NCBI GenBank assembly: GCA_002787405.1
Contig: PCWQ01000007.1
Location: 166,250-230,249 of the forward strand
Reading direction: 5' to 3'
Source of the DNA: Candidatus Komeilibacteria bacterium CG11_big_fil_rev_8_21_14_0_20_36_20
GTDB lineage: Bacteria; Patescibacteriota; Patescibacteriia; UBA1558; GWA2-36-10
Length of the DNA stretch: 64,000 nt
In this document: in pieces, positions 1-11,793 of the stretch
Numbering within the stretch: position 1 is the stretch's first letter
Layout of the letters: each line of letters begins with the position of its first letter
Notes under the pieces: generated by a model
The model's input: only the letters and a program-made list of their open reading frames with translations
Databases searched by the model: none
Told to the model about the DNA's origin: nothing
Translations under genes and position numbers: made by a program

Positions 1-1814
1 GTCATTACTTTAACCACATCTGGCCCAACCTCAGCGTCCTGTTGCAATGAGCCCATCTCGCCTGATTCCAATTCTGCTTCCATGTTTTCCAAAAAACTAT
101 GGACTGAAATATCAGTGGTTGCTTCTTCTTCCCAGTTTCTAATTTTTCTATAAAACTGATTAAGAAAATCCAACTGATCTTTATTATATTGACTTTCCTC
201 TAAAGTCAAAAATTTTAAATAATCACTATCTTCCAGCCAATGATAAATTATCTGCGAAACCGGTTTAGTTTTGGCTAATTCTGTATGCTTAGTTATATTA
301 TTTAATAACTGCTCAATAATTCTTTGATCATTAGCTGGAATATTAATATGCCCTTGATAATTTTTTAAAGCATAAAATAAACTCCAGCTTTTTTTACTAG
401 CTAAATGATTTAAATTTATAATTACATTAATATCCAGTCCGGTTACTGGCAAACTTAAAATTCTAAATAAGGCCGGTGATTCATGATAATTGTCTAACAA
501 TTTTAAATAAGCTGTAATATCCAAAACAATATCCTGCAAATACAAACCACGGGAAGCCATAAACTGATGAGGCATGCCAATTTTACGCATCATACTGACA
601 AACCCCTGAGCTTGATCATTGGCCCGAACCAAAATAGCAAAATCTGACCATTGAGTTGATGGGTCTAATTTTTTAATAGCGGCAATTTTATTTAAAACAC
701 CGTCAATTTCATCATTTTTGTCAGCAAAGGAAATTACCTCCACACTACCCTGACCTTGAGTATGACTGATTAACTCTTTATTTAAAGATTGCTTGCTTTT
801 TTTAAGTTGATATTCTAAACGATCTGGATTATTTTGCTGAATAAAATTATAAGCCGTGTCTAAAATCTTTTGACCTGAACGATAATTGTCTATTAAAAAT
901 ATTTCAGCTAGTTTTTTATTTTTACTAGCCCCATAATCTTTTTGAAAACTCAAAATATTAGAAACAGCGGCTCCCCGAAATTTATAAATAGACTGATCAT
1001 CATCGCCAACGACCATTAGATTATTCTTTGGCTCAGCCAAAATTTTAATTAATTCATACTGAGCCCAATTAGTGTCCTGAAATTCATCAACTAAAATATA
1101 TTTAAATTGATTTCTAAACTTTTTTAAAATAACTGGACGCTCTTGAAATAATTTTAAAGTATAATTTATTAAATCACCAAAATCCAAAGCATTATTTTCT
1201 AATAATAGCTGCTGATAAATATGATAGGCGTCAGCTACTTCACGGATTTTAAAAATCTCCTGCTCTATTTCTTCACGATCACCTGCCTGATCTGAATCCA
1301 AATGCAGATTTTCTGCATGTTCTAAATAATCTTCTGGATAAATAACTTCATCTTTACAACGAGAAAAATGATCAAGTAAGGCATGAATAAACCGAGTAGG
1401 GCTGCCTAGAGGTTTATAATAATCTAATTTAAATTTGTTCAGATTTTCTCTGACCAGCATCCAAGCGGCGGTTTTATCCAGAACTTTAAAATCATTAGAC
1501 AAACCAATATCTAAAGCGTAGTCTTTTAAAACTTTATCAGCAAAACCATGAAAAGTATGAATCCACAATTCTGAATAACCTAAAGGTAAAAGCTGATCAA
1601 CTCTTTCCATCATTTCAGTAGCTGCTTTTTCCGTAAAAGTAACGGCTAGAATCTCATCTGGTTGGGCTTTGCCCTGTTCAATTAAATAAGCAATTCTCTG
1701 GGTAATGACCGTGGTTTTCCCAGTGCCAGCTCCAGCAATTAAAATAACTGGTCCCTGATCATGCTGAACCGCCTTTTTCTGGGCTATATTTAAATATGAT
1801 AAATCTAGAGGCAT
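1..1814 (-). CDS. ATP-dependent DNA helicase, UvrD/PcrA family (start and N-terminal part in window; C-terminus beyond left edge)
   Basis: Manual minus-strand translation from ATG at 1814 gives MPLDLSYLNIAQKKAVQHDQGPVILIAGAGTGKTTVITQRIAYLIEQGKA... with a Walker A (GAGTGKT) and the UvrD N-terminal pattern. The frame is open to the window edge. It is absent from the ORF track because it is partial. Confidence 0.85.
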   Translation of the reverse strand, partial: MPLDLSYLNIAQKKAVQHDQGPVILIAGAGTGKTTVITQRIAYLIEQGKAQPDEILAVTFTEKAATEMMERVDQLLPLGYSELWIHTFHGFADKVLKDYALDIGLSNDFKVLDKTAAWMLVRENLNKFKLDYYKPLGSPTRFIHALLDHFSRCKDEVIYPEDYLEHAENLHLDSDQAGDREEIEQEIFKIREVADAYHIYQQLLLENNALDFGDLINYTLKLFQERPVILKKFRNQFKYILVDEFQDTNWAQYELIKILAEPKNNLMVVGDDDQSIYKFRGAAVSNILSFQKDYGASKNKKLAEIFLIDNYRSGQKILDTAYNFIQQNNPDRLEYQLKKSKQSLNKELISHTQGQGSVEVISFADKNDEIDGVLNKIAAIKKLDPSTQWSDFAILVRANDQAQGFVSMMRKIGMPHQFMASRGLYLQDIVLDITAYLKLLDNYHESPALFRILSLPVTGLDINVIINLNHLASKKSWSLFYALKNYQGHINIPANDQRIIEQLLNNITKHTELAKTKPVSQIIYHWLEDSDYLKFLTLEESQYNKDQLDFLNQFYRKIRNWEEEATTDISVHSFLENMEAELESGEMGSLQQDAEVGPDVVKVM

Positions 1815-1835
1815 GGCTTTATTTTAACTAAAAAG

Positions 1836-1866
1836 AAAATAAAAAACAATCCCGTGATGCGGGATT
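1836..1866 (-). terminator. intrinsic terminator after the 1879..2328 gene
   Basis: Hairpin ATCCCG-tgatg-CGGGAT (1849-1865) followed on the minus strand by a U-run (plus-strand A-run at 1840-1846). Confidence 0.6.
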
Positions 1867-1878
1867 GCTAGAGCAATA

Positions 1879-2328
1879 TTATTCCACAATAATATATTCC
1901 AATCCTTGTGGATGAGCCCTACTGTAAGCCATGATGATTTCTAGATCATCCGGCAATTCCTTGGCCAAAATTTCTTTGGCCCTTAGTAAATCTTTTTTAT
2001 AAGTCTCCTCCTCTTCTTCAGCTGAAGAAAAATTCTTACTACCCCCATATCCGCCACAATCCCAGTGCCAAAGAAGTAATAATTTTTCAACGCCGTGTAA
2101 ATTTTTGGAAACTGAAACTACCTTTTCAATAAAAGAGGTTTTAAAACCGTTATCGTTTAAAATCTCCTTTCCGCTACCTGGCCAGGCAAATAAATCAAAC
2201 TTATCATATCCTAATGCTTCCTCGATAAATTCCTGATCAGATTTGCGAAACCTGAAATCAATGCATTTGATCACTGCCAAAGGACAATGATGTTCGTTTA
2301 AATTGTCGTTGGGAACTATGAAACTCAT
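1879..2328 (-). CDS. hypothetical protein with beta-carbonic-anhydrase-like Cys/His motifs (KCIDFR ... HWDCGGYGG)
   Basis: 149-aa ORF. CxDxR and HxxCGG motif spacing resembles beta-class carbonic anhydrase zinc ligands. The function is only inferred. Confidence 0.45.
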   Translation of the reverse strand: MSFIVPNDNLNEHHCPLAVIKCIDFRFRKSDQEFIEEALGYDKFDLFAWPGSGKEILNDNGFKTSFIEKVVSVSKNLHGVEKLLLLWHWDCGGYGGSKNFSSAEEEEETYKKDLLRAKEILAKELPDDLEIIMAYSRAHPQGLEYIIVE

Positions 2329-2339
2329 AAAATCTCCTT

Positions 2340-2780
2340 TTAACTATTTAATCCTGTTCTTATCCCTCGCTTCTTATATTTTCTAGCCACTTTCAATCGG
2401 ACTAATTCTTTTTCTATTTGCGCAGTAAGGAAAGCAAATTCTTTAGCATCAACCACTTTGGTCTTCAATATCTCTTCAGCCCTCTGGCGGGCCTGTTCGG
2501 CTTTCTGTTCATCTATCTCTTCGGCCCTTTCAGCTGTATCAACTAGAACCACCACTTGATCTGGCAAAACTTCAACAAATCCACCGGAAATTGCCATTAG
2601 ATCTTCCTCATTACCGTTATACTTTACACTAATTTCACCAGCTGTCAACTGGCTAACTAAAGGAATATGTTGAGGCAGAATCGTAATCTGCCCAGTAGTG
2701 GTGGACAAAGACACCTGGCTTATTTTTTCGGAAAAAACTATTCTTTCAGGAGTAACAATTTTTAAATTAATTTCTTTCAT
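2340..2780 (-). CDS. atpC: F1 ATP synthase epsilon subunit
   Basis: 146 aa with an N-terminal beta-sandwich pattern (IVTPERIVFSEKISQVSLSTTTGQITILPQH). Last gene of the atp operon. Confidence 0.9.
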   Translation of the reverse strand: MKEINLKIVTPERIVFSEKISQVSLSTTTGQITILPQHIPLVSQLTAGEISVKYNGNEEDLMAISGGFVEVLPDQVVVLVDTAERAEEIDEQKAEQARQRAEEILKTKVVDAKEFAFLTAQIEKELVRLKVARKYKKRGIRTGLNS

Positions 2781-2785
2781 AAAAA

Positions 2786-4168
<1,383 letters not shown>

Positions 4169-4175
4169 TTAATTA

Positions 4176-5093
4176 TTATTGTAAAGCCGCTGTGCCAGCT
4201 GAAATTTCAGCAATCTCGGCGGTAATTCCGGCTTGCCTGGCTTGATTATAAGCTAAAGTTAATTCATCAATCATATCTCCGGCGGCATCAGAAGCATTTC
4301 TCATAGCTAGCATACGCGCGGAATGCTCTGAAGCTTCGCTTTCCAAAACCGCTTGAAAAATTTGGATCTCCACTAACCTCGGCAAAAAAGAATTAAGTAT
4401 TTCTTTTCTACTGGGCTCAAAAAGAAAATCTGAAAAATTCTCAACATTAATATTTACAATCTCTTTTTCTTTTTGATGAGTAATATAGCCCAATCTTTCA
4501 TCTATTTCCGGAACAATCGGCAAAAGCTGTCGCACATGCGGCTGCTGCTGCAAAGATGAAGCAAAATCTGTATAGGCCACAAATACTTTGTCGTATTTAC
4601 GGGCTATAAAGTCTTTAACTACCATGTGAGTAATCGGATTAATTATAGTTGAACTCTGGGTAATATCCTCTTTGGCAAAATCAGCCATAATATTTAAATG
4701 ATGACGACGAGCCTCATTCCGGCCTTTGCTACCAAAAGTAATGACATCAGTCACCCGCGTGTCTGGATGATGTAATTTAATTGAATCAACAACTTTCTGC
4801 ACTAACTGAAGATTAAAACTACCGCATAGCCCTCGATTAGTGCTAATCAAAACTATGAGGACATTGCGGACTTCTTTGCTTTCTCTAAAAAAAGGATGGC
4901 GGCTGGTGTCTAATTTTTTGACTAAATGCAAAACAGTATTCCAAGCTAAATCGGCATAGCTTCGAGTAGCCAGCACTTTAGCGACCGCCTTGCGCATTTT
5001 GGCCGCCGCCACCAATTCCATCGCTTTGGTAATCTTTTTGGTGTTTTTAACTGACTTGATTCTTCTTTGAATGTCTCTGGTTGCTTGAGGCAT
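4176..5093 (-). CDS. atpG: F1 ATP synthase gamma subunit
   Basis: 305 aa. N-terminus MPQATRDIQRRIKSVKNTKKITKAMELVAAAKMRKA is typical of gamma. Sits between alpha and beta. Confidence 0.93.
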   Translation of the reverse strand: MPQATRDIQRRIKSVKNTKKITKAMELVAAAKMRKAVAKVLATRSYADLAWNTVLHLVKKLDTSRHPFFRESKEVRNVLIVLISTNRGLCGSFNLQLVQKVVDSIKLHHPDTRVTDVITFGSKGRNEARRHHLNIMADFAKEDITQSSTIINPITHMVVKDFIARKYDKVFVAYTDFASSLQQQPHVRQLLPIVPEIDERLGYITHQKEKEIVNINVENFSDFLFEPSRKEILNSFLPRLVEIQIFQAVLESEASEHSARMLAMRNASDAAGDMIDELTLAYNQARQAGITAEIAEISAGTAALQ

Positions 5094-5137
5094 AAAATTT
5101 TAGTTAAAAGTTTAAAGTAAAAAGTATAAAGTGCTTT

Positions 5138-6667
5138 CTACTTTTTATTTTCCACTATATCTTCCAATTCAACTAACTCGTTAATAATCTTTTTTAATTT
5201 TTTTTCGTCTTTAGCCACTAACTCGCCTGTTTTTTCAATATTATCTAAAAGATCTTTGGCTTCGCTGTCTAACTTGGTGAATAATTTATCTTCAAAGGCA
5301 GCTAAATTTTCTAAAGGCACCTGATCTAAATGTCCGTTAGAGACAGCATAAATAATAGCCACCTGCTTTGGCTGAGGCAAAGGATTAAATTGCCCTTGCT
5401 TTAATATTTCAGTTACTCGAGCACCTCGATTCAACTGTTGTCGAGTATTTTCATCAAGATCAGAACCAAATTGGGCAAAGGCCTCTAGCTCCCTGAACTG
5501 GGCTAAGTCCAGTTTTAATTTACCAGCCACTTTTTTCATGGCTTTAATCTGAGCAGCTGAACCAACTCGAGAAACTGATAGTCCGGCATTTAAAGCCGGG
5601 CGAATACCTTTATAGAATAAATCTGTTTCCAAAAAAATCTGTCCGTCAGTAATCGAAATAACATTGGTAGGGATATAAGCAGAAATGTCTCCGGCTTGAG
5701 TTTCAATAATCGGCAAGGCAGTTAAAGATCCGCCTCCCAACTTATCGCTCATTCTAGCGGCTCGTTCTAACAAACGGGAATGAAGATAAAAAACATCTCC
5801 GGGATAAGCTTCCCGACCTGGTGGTCGGCGTAACAATAATGAAATCTGACGATAAGCGACAGCGTGTTTTGATAAATCATCATAAATCAACAAAACATCT
5901 TGGCCTTTGTCCATAAAATATTCTCCCATGGCCACGCCGGCATAAGGAGCAATGTATGATAGAGAAGCAGAATCGGAAGCTCCGGCCAAAACAACTGTGG
6001 TGTAATCCATTGATCCGGTTTCTTCCAGTTTGGCTACTATCCTGGCTATTTTAGATTCTTTCTGGCCAATAGCGACATAGATACAGATAACATCTTTGCC
6101 CTTTTGATTAATAATAGTGTCAATGGCTAGAGCTGTTTTACCAGTCTGGCGATCACCAATAATCAATTCTCTTTGGCCTTTGCCAATAGGAATAATAGAA
6201 TCAATTACTTTAATACCAGTTTGCAAGGGCTCGTTAACTGACTGACGGGCAATTACTCCCGGAGCAATTTTTTCTACAGGATAAAATTCCTTGGCTTCTA
6301 TTTTGCCTTTACCGTCAATCGGCTCTCCCAAAGGATTAACTACACGACCAACTAATGATTGGCCAACTGGCACTGATAAAACTCTCTTAGTACGACGAAC
6401 TTTATCGCCTTCTTTTAATGAGCCATACTCACCTAAAATAATAGCGCCAATAGAAAATTCTTCCAGATTCAAAGCCACACCATAAATTTTTTCACCAGTT
6501 GATGTTTCAAACTCAAGCATCTCTGAAGACATAGCGTCTGATAAACCAGAAACTTGAGCAATGCCATCACCAATTTCAATTACTTCGCCAATAGTTTCTT
6601 CAGCCACGGTTGACTGATAACCTTCTAGTTGTTTTTGTAGACTCTTTACTAAATAATCGTAGGACAT
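5138..6667 (-). CDS. atpA: F1 ATP synthase alpha subunit
   Basis: 509 aa with Walker A GDRQTGKT. Operon position. Confidence 0.97.
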   Translation of the reverse strand: MSYDYLVKSLQKQLEGYQSTVAEETIGEVIEIGDGIAQVSGLSDAMSSEMLEFETSTGEKIYGVALNLEEFSIGAIILGEYGSLKEGDKVRRTKRVLSVPVGQSLVGRVVNPLGEPIDGKGKIEAKEFYPVEKIAPGVIARQSVNEPLQTGIKVIDSIIPIGKGQRELIIGDRQTGKTALAIDTIINQKGKDVICIYVAIGQKESKIARIVAKLEETGSMDYTTVVLAGASDSASLSYIAPYAGVAMGEYFMDKGQDVLLIYDDLSKHAVAYRQISLLLRRPPGREAYPGDVFYLHSRLLERAARMSDKLGGGSLTALPIIETQAGDISAYIPTNVISITDGQIFLETDLFYKGIRPALNAGLSVSRVGSAAQIKAMKKVAGKLKLDLAQFRELEAFAQFGSDLDENTRQQLNRGARVTEILKQGQFNPLPQPKQVAIIYAVSNGHLDQVPLENLAAFEDKLFTKLDSEAKDLLDNIEKTGELVAKDEKKLKKIINELVELEDIVENKK

Positions 6668-6671
6668 ATTT

Positions 6672-7076
6672 TTAAGTATTTAATTGCTTGGTTAAACTAT
6701 TTAATTGATTTTTTAAAGACAAATCAATTATTTTATCTTTATATCTAATGATTGCTCCACCAATTAATCGATCATCTTTGCCCTGCTTAATTTTGATTTG
6801 ACTAGCAGTTTTATTTTCTATTAATTCAGAAATCTCCTTAATTTCTTTCTGAGATAAATCATATTTTGATAATATTTCAGTAGCAACAATATTATGCCCC
6901 TCAAAATATAATTGTTCTAAATGATTTAAAATATTAGGCGCTAGATTTACTAAATGCTTTTGTTTTAAATAATTCAAAAAATTTTCAACAATCTCTTCGG
7001 CTTGTTTGGCTGGCTTATCTTTTATGGAAAGATAAACGCTTTGGGCTAATATTCTGGCTTGATTCTTCTTTTTCAT
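6672..7076 (-). CDS. atpH: F1 ATP synthase delta subunit (short form)
   Basis: 134-aa ORF between atpF and atpA. Delta-like C-terminal pattern ([19 protein letters not shown]). Confidence 0.75.
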   Translation of the reverse strand: MKKKNQARILAQSVYLSIKDKPAKQAEEIVENFLNYLKQKHLVNLAPNILNHLEQLYFEGHNIVATEILSKYDLSQKEIKEISELIENKTASQIKIKQGKDDRLIGGAIIRYKDKIIDLSLKNQLNSLTKQLNT

Positions 7077-7570
7077 TACTTAATATCTTTTAAAACCTGA
7101 TCAATATATTTTTGGTCAATATCTTTGCTTAATCCTTTTGCTAAAATTTTCTGCAAAGCAGCCACTATTATCTCCACCACATCTTTTTTAACTTCAGAAA
7201 CCATAACGGTTTTTTCACTGGCAATCTGCTCTTTGGCTTTAATGATAATATTAGCTACTTCTTGCTTGGTTTTTTCAATCTCAGCTTTGCGGCTAACTTC
7301 AGAATTCTTTTTGGCAGTAGTTAAAATATCAGCTGCTTCTGTTTTGGTCTGCTGGAGTTGCTCTTTAATTTCTTTTTCTACCTGATCAAGGCGCTCAGTG
7401 GCTGTCTGGGCATCAGACAAACCTTTGGCTATCTCATTATTTCTTTCCTGCATTTTTTTAGTCAATGGCTTTAAAGCAAAAAACCAAAGCACAATAATAA
7501 CTATCGCAAAATTAATCAATTGGGCGATCATTAATTTCCAATCAATGCCGAATAAATTTAAAATTTCCAT
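7076..7570 (-). CDS. atpF: Fo ATP synthase subunit b
   Basis: 164 aa with one N-terminal TM helix then a long charged coiled coil. Operon position. Confidence 0.85.
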   Translation of the reverse strand: MEILNLFGIDWKLMIAQLINFAIVIIVLWFFALKPLTKKMQERNNEIAKGLSDAQTATERLDQVEKEIKEQLQQTKTEAADILTTAKKNSEVSRKAEIEKTKQEVANIIIKAKEQIASEKTVMVSEVKKDVVEIIVAALQKILAKGLSKDIDQKYIDQVLKDIK

Positions 7571-7634
7571 ATTTATAAAATTAATTGCTTAATTGCGCCC
7601 TGTATTTATAATACAGAACGCTAAAAACAATCGA

Positions 7635-7904
<270 letters not shown>

Positions 7905-8002
7905 CTACTCTTATTAAATTAATGATTAACTGGACAAAATAAGATTTGAGCGATTTTGAAAGAACATTTTTTCGTTGCTTGCTCAAATCCTATTTTATAA
8001 AG

Positions 8003-8878
8003 TTAATGCTCATGGGCGGTGGAAGCGATCGTAAAATAAACCAAAGTTAAAACCGCAAAAATCAAGGCCTGAATAACACCGATAATTATTTCCAAAAAGA
8101 TAAATGGCAAAGGCACACCAAAAGCAATCAGAGCGGAAATGGAAGCCAGCAAAACCTCACCGGCAAAAACATTACCGAATAACCTGAAAGACAAGGAAGC
8201 AATTTTAGCCACTTCACTGACGATTTCAATAAAGCCGACAAAAAAATGAATGGGATTAATAAAAAGAACAGTGGGATCTTTAGTCACTTTAGCCGGAATA
8301 GCCAGAATGGCCTTAAGATTAATAAACTTATTAAAATAATTCCAGCCGCCGACTACGATAACACCAAAAATATTAGCGGCGATAACGGAAAATAACCCTA
8401 AAGCCAAGGTGGTATTTAAATCAGCTGTGCCACCTCGAAACAAAGAATGGCCGTCAAAGCTGATAGAACCGACGCCCGGCAATAACCCCAGCCAATTATT
8501 AAAAAGAATAAAAATAAAAATACAAAAAATCACCGGAAAAATTCGACGACTTTTCTGGCGATCATTAGTGACTAAGTCCATCATATTCAAGGCGCCATCA
8601 ATAATCATTTCAACGACGCTCTGAAAAACCGAAGGAATTTTTTTAATTTTAAATCTAATAATTAAAGACAAAATAATAATTAAAAAAACTGCCAACCAAG
8701 AAGTGAGCAGTGAATTTGTCACCGTAAAATTACCAATGTTAAAAACCGGCTCGGCATATAAAGTATGCGCATGTTCCTCATGAGCGCTATGCTCCTGATG
8801 AGTATCTTGTCCCAGCAAGAGAACCTCTTCTGATGAAGCTGATTCGCTTTGTGAATGACTATTACTTTTTGTTTCCAT
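8003..8878 (-). CDS. atpB: Fo ATP synthase subunit a, with a His/Glu-rich N-terminal extension
   Basis: 291 aa, multi-TM. Conserved a-subunit C-terminal region (RLFGNVFAGEVLL). The N-terminus HQEHSAHEEHAHT is an unusual extension. Confidence 0.9.
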   Translation of the reverse strand: METKSNSHSQSESASSEEVLLLGQDTHQEHSAHEEHAHTLYAEPVFNIGNFTVTNSLLTSWLAVFLIIILSLIIRFKIKKIPSVFQSVVEMIIDGALNMMDLVTNDRQKSRRIFPVIFCIFIFILFNNWLGLLPGVGSISFDGHSLFRGGTADLNTTLALGLFSVIAANIFGVIVVGGWNYFNKFINLKAILAIPAKVTKDPTVLFINPIHFFVGFIEIVSEVAKIASLSFRLFGNVFAGEVLLASISALIAFGVPLPFIFLEIIIGVIQALIFAVLTLVYFTIASTAHEH

Positions 8879-9179
8879 TTGTTATCTTGTCTTCCTCTTT
8901 ATTCTTATCTAAATTTTTATTTTTATCTTCTAAATCAATTTCTTTAATATATTTTATGCCCGTCATGCCAATGCCAATACAGGAGATGATAAAAGCTAAA
9001 ATAGTTAAACTTAGAAAATACAAGGGCTTGGTCTGATATTTCTGATCCAGCCAATTGCCTAAAAATAAAGCTCCTATAACCGGCACGGCAATCCAGCCAG
9101 TGCTTTGGGCAAACATCATCAGCCCTTTTTGCCACCAATTGTCTTGCTTATTAGCGCTTTTTTTATTATCAACTGGCAT
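8862..9179 (-). CDS. AtpZ/AtpI-like small membrane protein of the atp operon
   Basis: 105 aa with 2 TM helices. First gene of the operon and overlaps atpB by 17 nt. N-terminal pattern resembles the AtpZ family. Confidence 0.6.
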   Translation of the reverse strand: MPVDNKKSANKQDNWWQKGLMMFAQSTGWIAVPVIGALFLGNWLDQKYQTKPLYFLSLTILAFIISCIGIGMTGIKYIKEIDLEDKNKNLDKNKEEDKITNGNKK

Positions 9180-9344
9180 ATTTATATTAAAAAACTGCTA
9201 AGAAAAAGCGGCTCCATTATATAACTTTGCCACTAAAAAGTCAATATATGTTAAATTATTCTAAGGATTGACATAATAGATAAAATATGATATTTTACAG
9301 CATTGCTCATTTTTCATTCAAACCATTAAATAGGAGACAAAACG

Positions 9345-10010
9345 ATGTATTGGATTATACGGCTCTTAGCGTATGTTGGAATTCTTCGCATTGTTGACTT
9401 GATGTATAACGATAAGAAAATCCGACAAGGAAAAATTCTGGGTGAGAATAAAACTCATTTTTGTATCAAGGCTATGGTGGCAATGGGTTTCTTTTATCGA
9501 TACCGCTGGGATTGGGTATCAAAATCAGACCCTGCAATTTGCAAAATTCGATGGAATCCGCAAGCCAAACTTGCCCTAACTGTAATATTATGTCTGGTAA
9601 TTATCGGTCCTTATGTCTTACTGCATCAACTGACACCTATCAATTATGGCTTCACTGAAATAGATGAAATCACAGGACTGCCCGTGGCTGGCTATATATT
9701 TTATCCGGACAAGCTGCCTGATGGCCATTACACAGTTGAAAAAGTAGTCTCAGACGGTGCTGATGCCCTTATTATCCAACATCAACCCGGTCCTTATCGT
9801 GATTTCGCCTACTATGTTCATATGAATGTAGAAGACAATGTTCCTGACAATTGTCAGGACGGTCAACGCTTTGAAATTTTTCAAGCAAAAATAGTAAACG
9901 AAAACCCACCGAGCAACGCTCGGTGGTATTTTTTATCTCTTTTCAAAAAACCCCTCTGGAGATGTTTATTTTTTGTTAAAAAATTATTCTTTAGGCACAA
10001 CCAAAATTAA
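9345..10010 (+). CDS. hypothetical membrane-anchored protein
   Basis: 221-aa ORF. RBS TAGGAGA is 7 nt before the ATG. N-terminal TM segment. An intrinsic-terminator-like hairpin lies inside its 3' end (9903-9935). Confidence 0.55.
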   Translation: MYWIIRLLAYVGILRIVDLMYNDKKIRQGKILGENKTHFCIKAMVAMGFFYRYRWDWVSKSDPAICKIRWNPQAKLALTVILCLVIIGPYVLLHQLTPINYGFTEIDEITGLPVAGYIFYPDKLPDGHYTVEKVVSDGADALIIQHQPGPYRDFAYYVHMNVEDNVPDNCQDGQRFEIFQAKIVNENPPSNARWYFLSLFKKPLWRCLFFVKKLFFRHNQN

Positions 10011-10187
10011 ATAAAAGCTAATTAATATCAAAGCCGGACCAAAATACATTAAATAGTTGGAGATAAAAAACCACGAAGTAAAATAAGAAATTAATTTAAG
10101 CACCAGACCGGCTAAACCAATTATTAATAAAATAATTCCAGATTTTTTGTAATTCATAGGCACAAATCCTGTCATGTATTTTTTCAT
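9984..10187 (-). CDS. hypothetical small membrane protein
   Basis: 67-aa ORF with 2 predicted TM helices. Convergent with the previous gene. Confidence 0.35.
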   Translation of the reverse strand: MKKYMTGFVPMNYKKSGIILLIIGLAGLVLKLISYFTSWFFISNYLMYFGPALILISFYLILVVPKE

Positions 10188-10219
10188 ATGTTTTGATATT
10201 AAATCGCACCTATCCGCTT

Positions 10220-10534
10220 TTAGTTTGTGCGTTTATAAACTACTCCTTTGTCTTTGCTAATCTCTTTAAGCCATTCTAATACCTCCGGATACGACTTATT
10301 AAAATCTTGTAAAGCGTCAGCTGGATCAATAATATTATCCGGCTTTTTGGGATCATTAAAATGGACCTCAGCTTTGGGATCTGACATATTATTACCTTGC
10401 ACAAGGTTTAAACTAGCATGACCAAATAGATTACGTAATTTGTTTAAATGTTCTAATTTTTGAAATTCAGCACTATATTTATTCTCGCCCAAAATTTGTT
10501 TTAATATTGTCTTTTTGAAACCAAATGAAGACAT
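10220..10534 (-). CDS. hypothetical protein
   Basis: 104-aa ORF with no recognisable motif. Confidence 0.5.
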   Translation of the reverse strand: MSSFGFKKTILKQILGENKYSAEFQKLEHLNKLRNLFGHASLNLVQGNNMSDPKAEVHFNDPKKPDNIIDPADALQDFNKSYPEVLEWLKEISKDKGVVYKRTN

Positions 10535-10748
10535 CTCATTATTAAGTACATCTATAACGAAGTTTTATCTACTTGTTTTAAATAATGCACCGAAATAATC
10601 ATATTAATCATTAATTCAATGCCCACAAACGCATCAATCACTTCACCTCTTCGCAAAACTATCTCTTGTTTATTCATAACTAGAATTAAAATTATTTATA
10701 TAATATATTACTTTTTTAACCCCCACTATTTGAATTAATTTGCACTCC

Positions 10749-11792
10749 CTACTCCAACCTCGGCTTGTCCACATCCTCCAACTCCAAAGCACTCTCTTTA
10801 CCACTTACTTTCAAAATATCTTTGTCTATCTTCTTAAATTCTTTATTACTAAAATTATAAGTATTAGCAACAGTACTAAGCTGGTTGCCTAATTTCTGAT
10901 GATATTCACCATAAGCAGCCAAATGCTTTTGCAATTTTTCAACATTCTGACGAATCTCTTTAGCTGACTCTTCAATCTGTAAGGCCTTCAAACCCTGCAA
11001 AACTGTTTGTAGATAAGCCGCAAAGGTAGTTGGTGAAACAATAATTACTTTCTTTTCATTAAAAGCATAATCAATCAAAGACCTAGTATTTACTTTGACG
11101 GCACCGACTTCATTTATTAATAAATCATAGTAGATTCCTTCAGCTGGAATAAACATAAAAGCAAAATCTAAAGTATCTTCATTAGGACGAATATATTTGG
11201 AGGTTTCGTCAATTCTTTTTTTTAAATCATTTTTAAATTCTTTTTCTAAAATTGCTTTTTTGTCTTTATCGTTTTCGCCTAAAATCCGACGATAATTTTC
11301 CAGAGAAAATTTAGCATCAACTGGCAAAATTTTATCTTTAATTTTAACAACCGCATCAACGGCTTCGCCATTTTTAAAATGATACTGGGTCTGATAGGAT
11401 TGAGGCGGCAGAATATTACTTAAAATCAATTCCAAACTGGCTTCACCTAATGCTCCCCTATTTTTTGAATTAGTCAAAACTTTTTCCAGATTCTGCAATT
11501 GATCTGTAAAACCGATCACCTGCTTGTTGGTTTCCTCTAACTTCAAAAGTTTCTCGGTCATGTCTTTTGAAATACGAGAAGTTTCCATAAACTGATCCTG
11601 CAGCATCTTGGAAGAATGTTGCGTAGTCTTATCAATCTTCTCTCCTAAATGTTGGGTTAAATCACCTAATTGCTGTTGCAACATTAACATTGCTTTATCA
11701 TCTTTAACTTCAGTTGGTTTTTGATTCTTTATTATCAACCAAATAATAATAGCTAGCCCAACTACGATTAAAATTGTATTTAAATATTCCAT
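10749..11792 (-). CDS. rmuC: DNA recombination protein RmuC
   Basis: 347 aa. N-terminal TM plus coiled coil. Conserved RmuC core (GEASLELIL ... FMFIPAEGIYYDL). Confidence 0.85.
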   Translation of the reverse strand: MEYLNTILIVVGLAIIIWLIIKNQKPTEVKDDKAMLMLQQQLGDLTQHLGEKIDKTTQHSSKMLQDQFMETSRISKDMTEKLLKLEETNKQVIGFTDQLQNLEKVLTNSKNRGALGEASLELILSNILPPQSYQTQYHFKNGEAVDAVVKIKDKILPVDAKFSLENYRRILGENDKDKKAILEKEFKNDLKKRIDETSKYIRPNEDTLDFAFMFIPAEGIYYDLLINEVGAVKVNTRSLIDYAFNEKKVIIVSPTTFAAYLQTVLQGLKALQIEESAKEIRQNVEKLQKHLAAYGEYHQKLGNQLSTVANTYNFSNKEFKKIDKDILKVSGKESALELEDVDKPRLE

Positions 11793-11793
11793 A

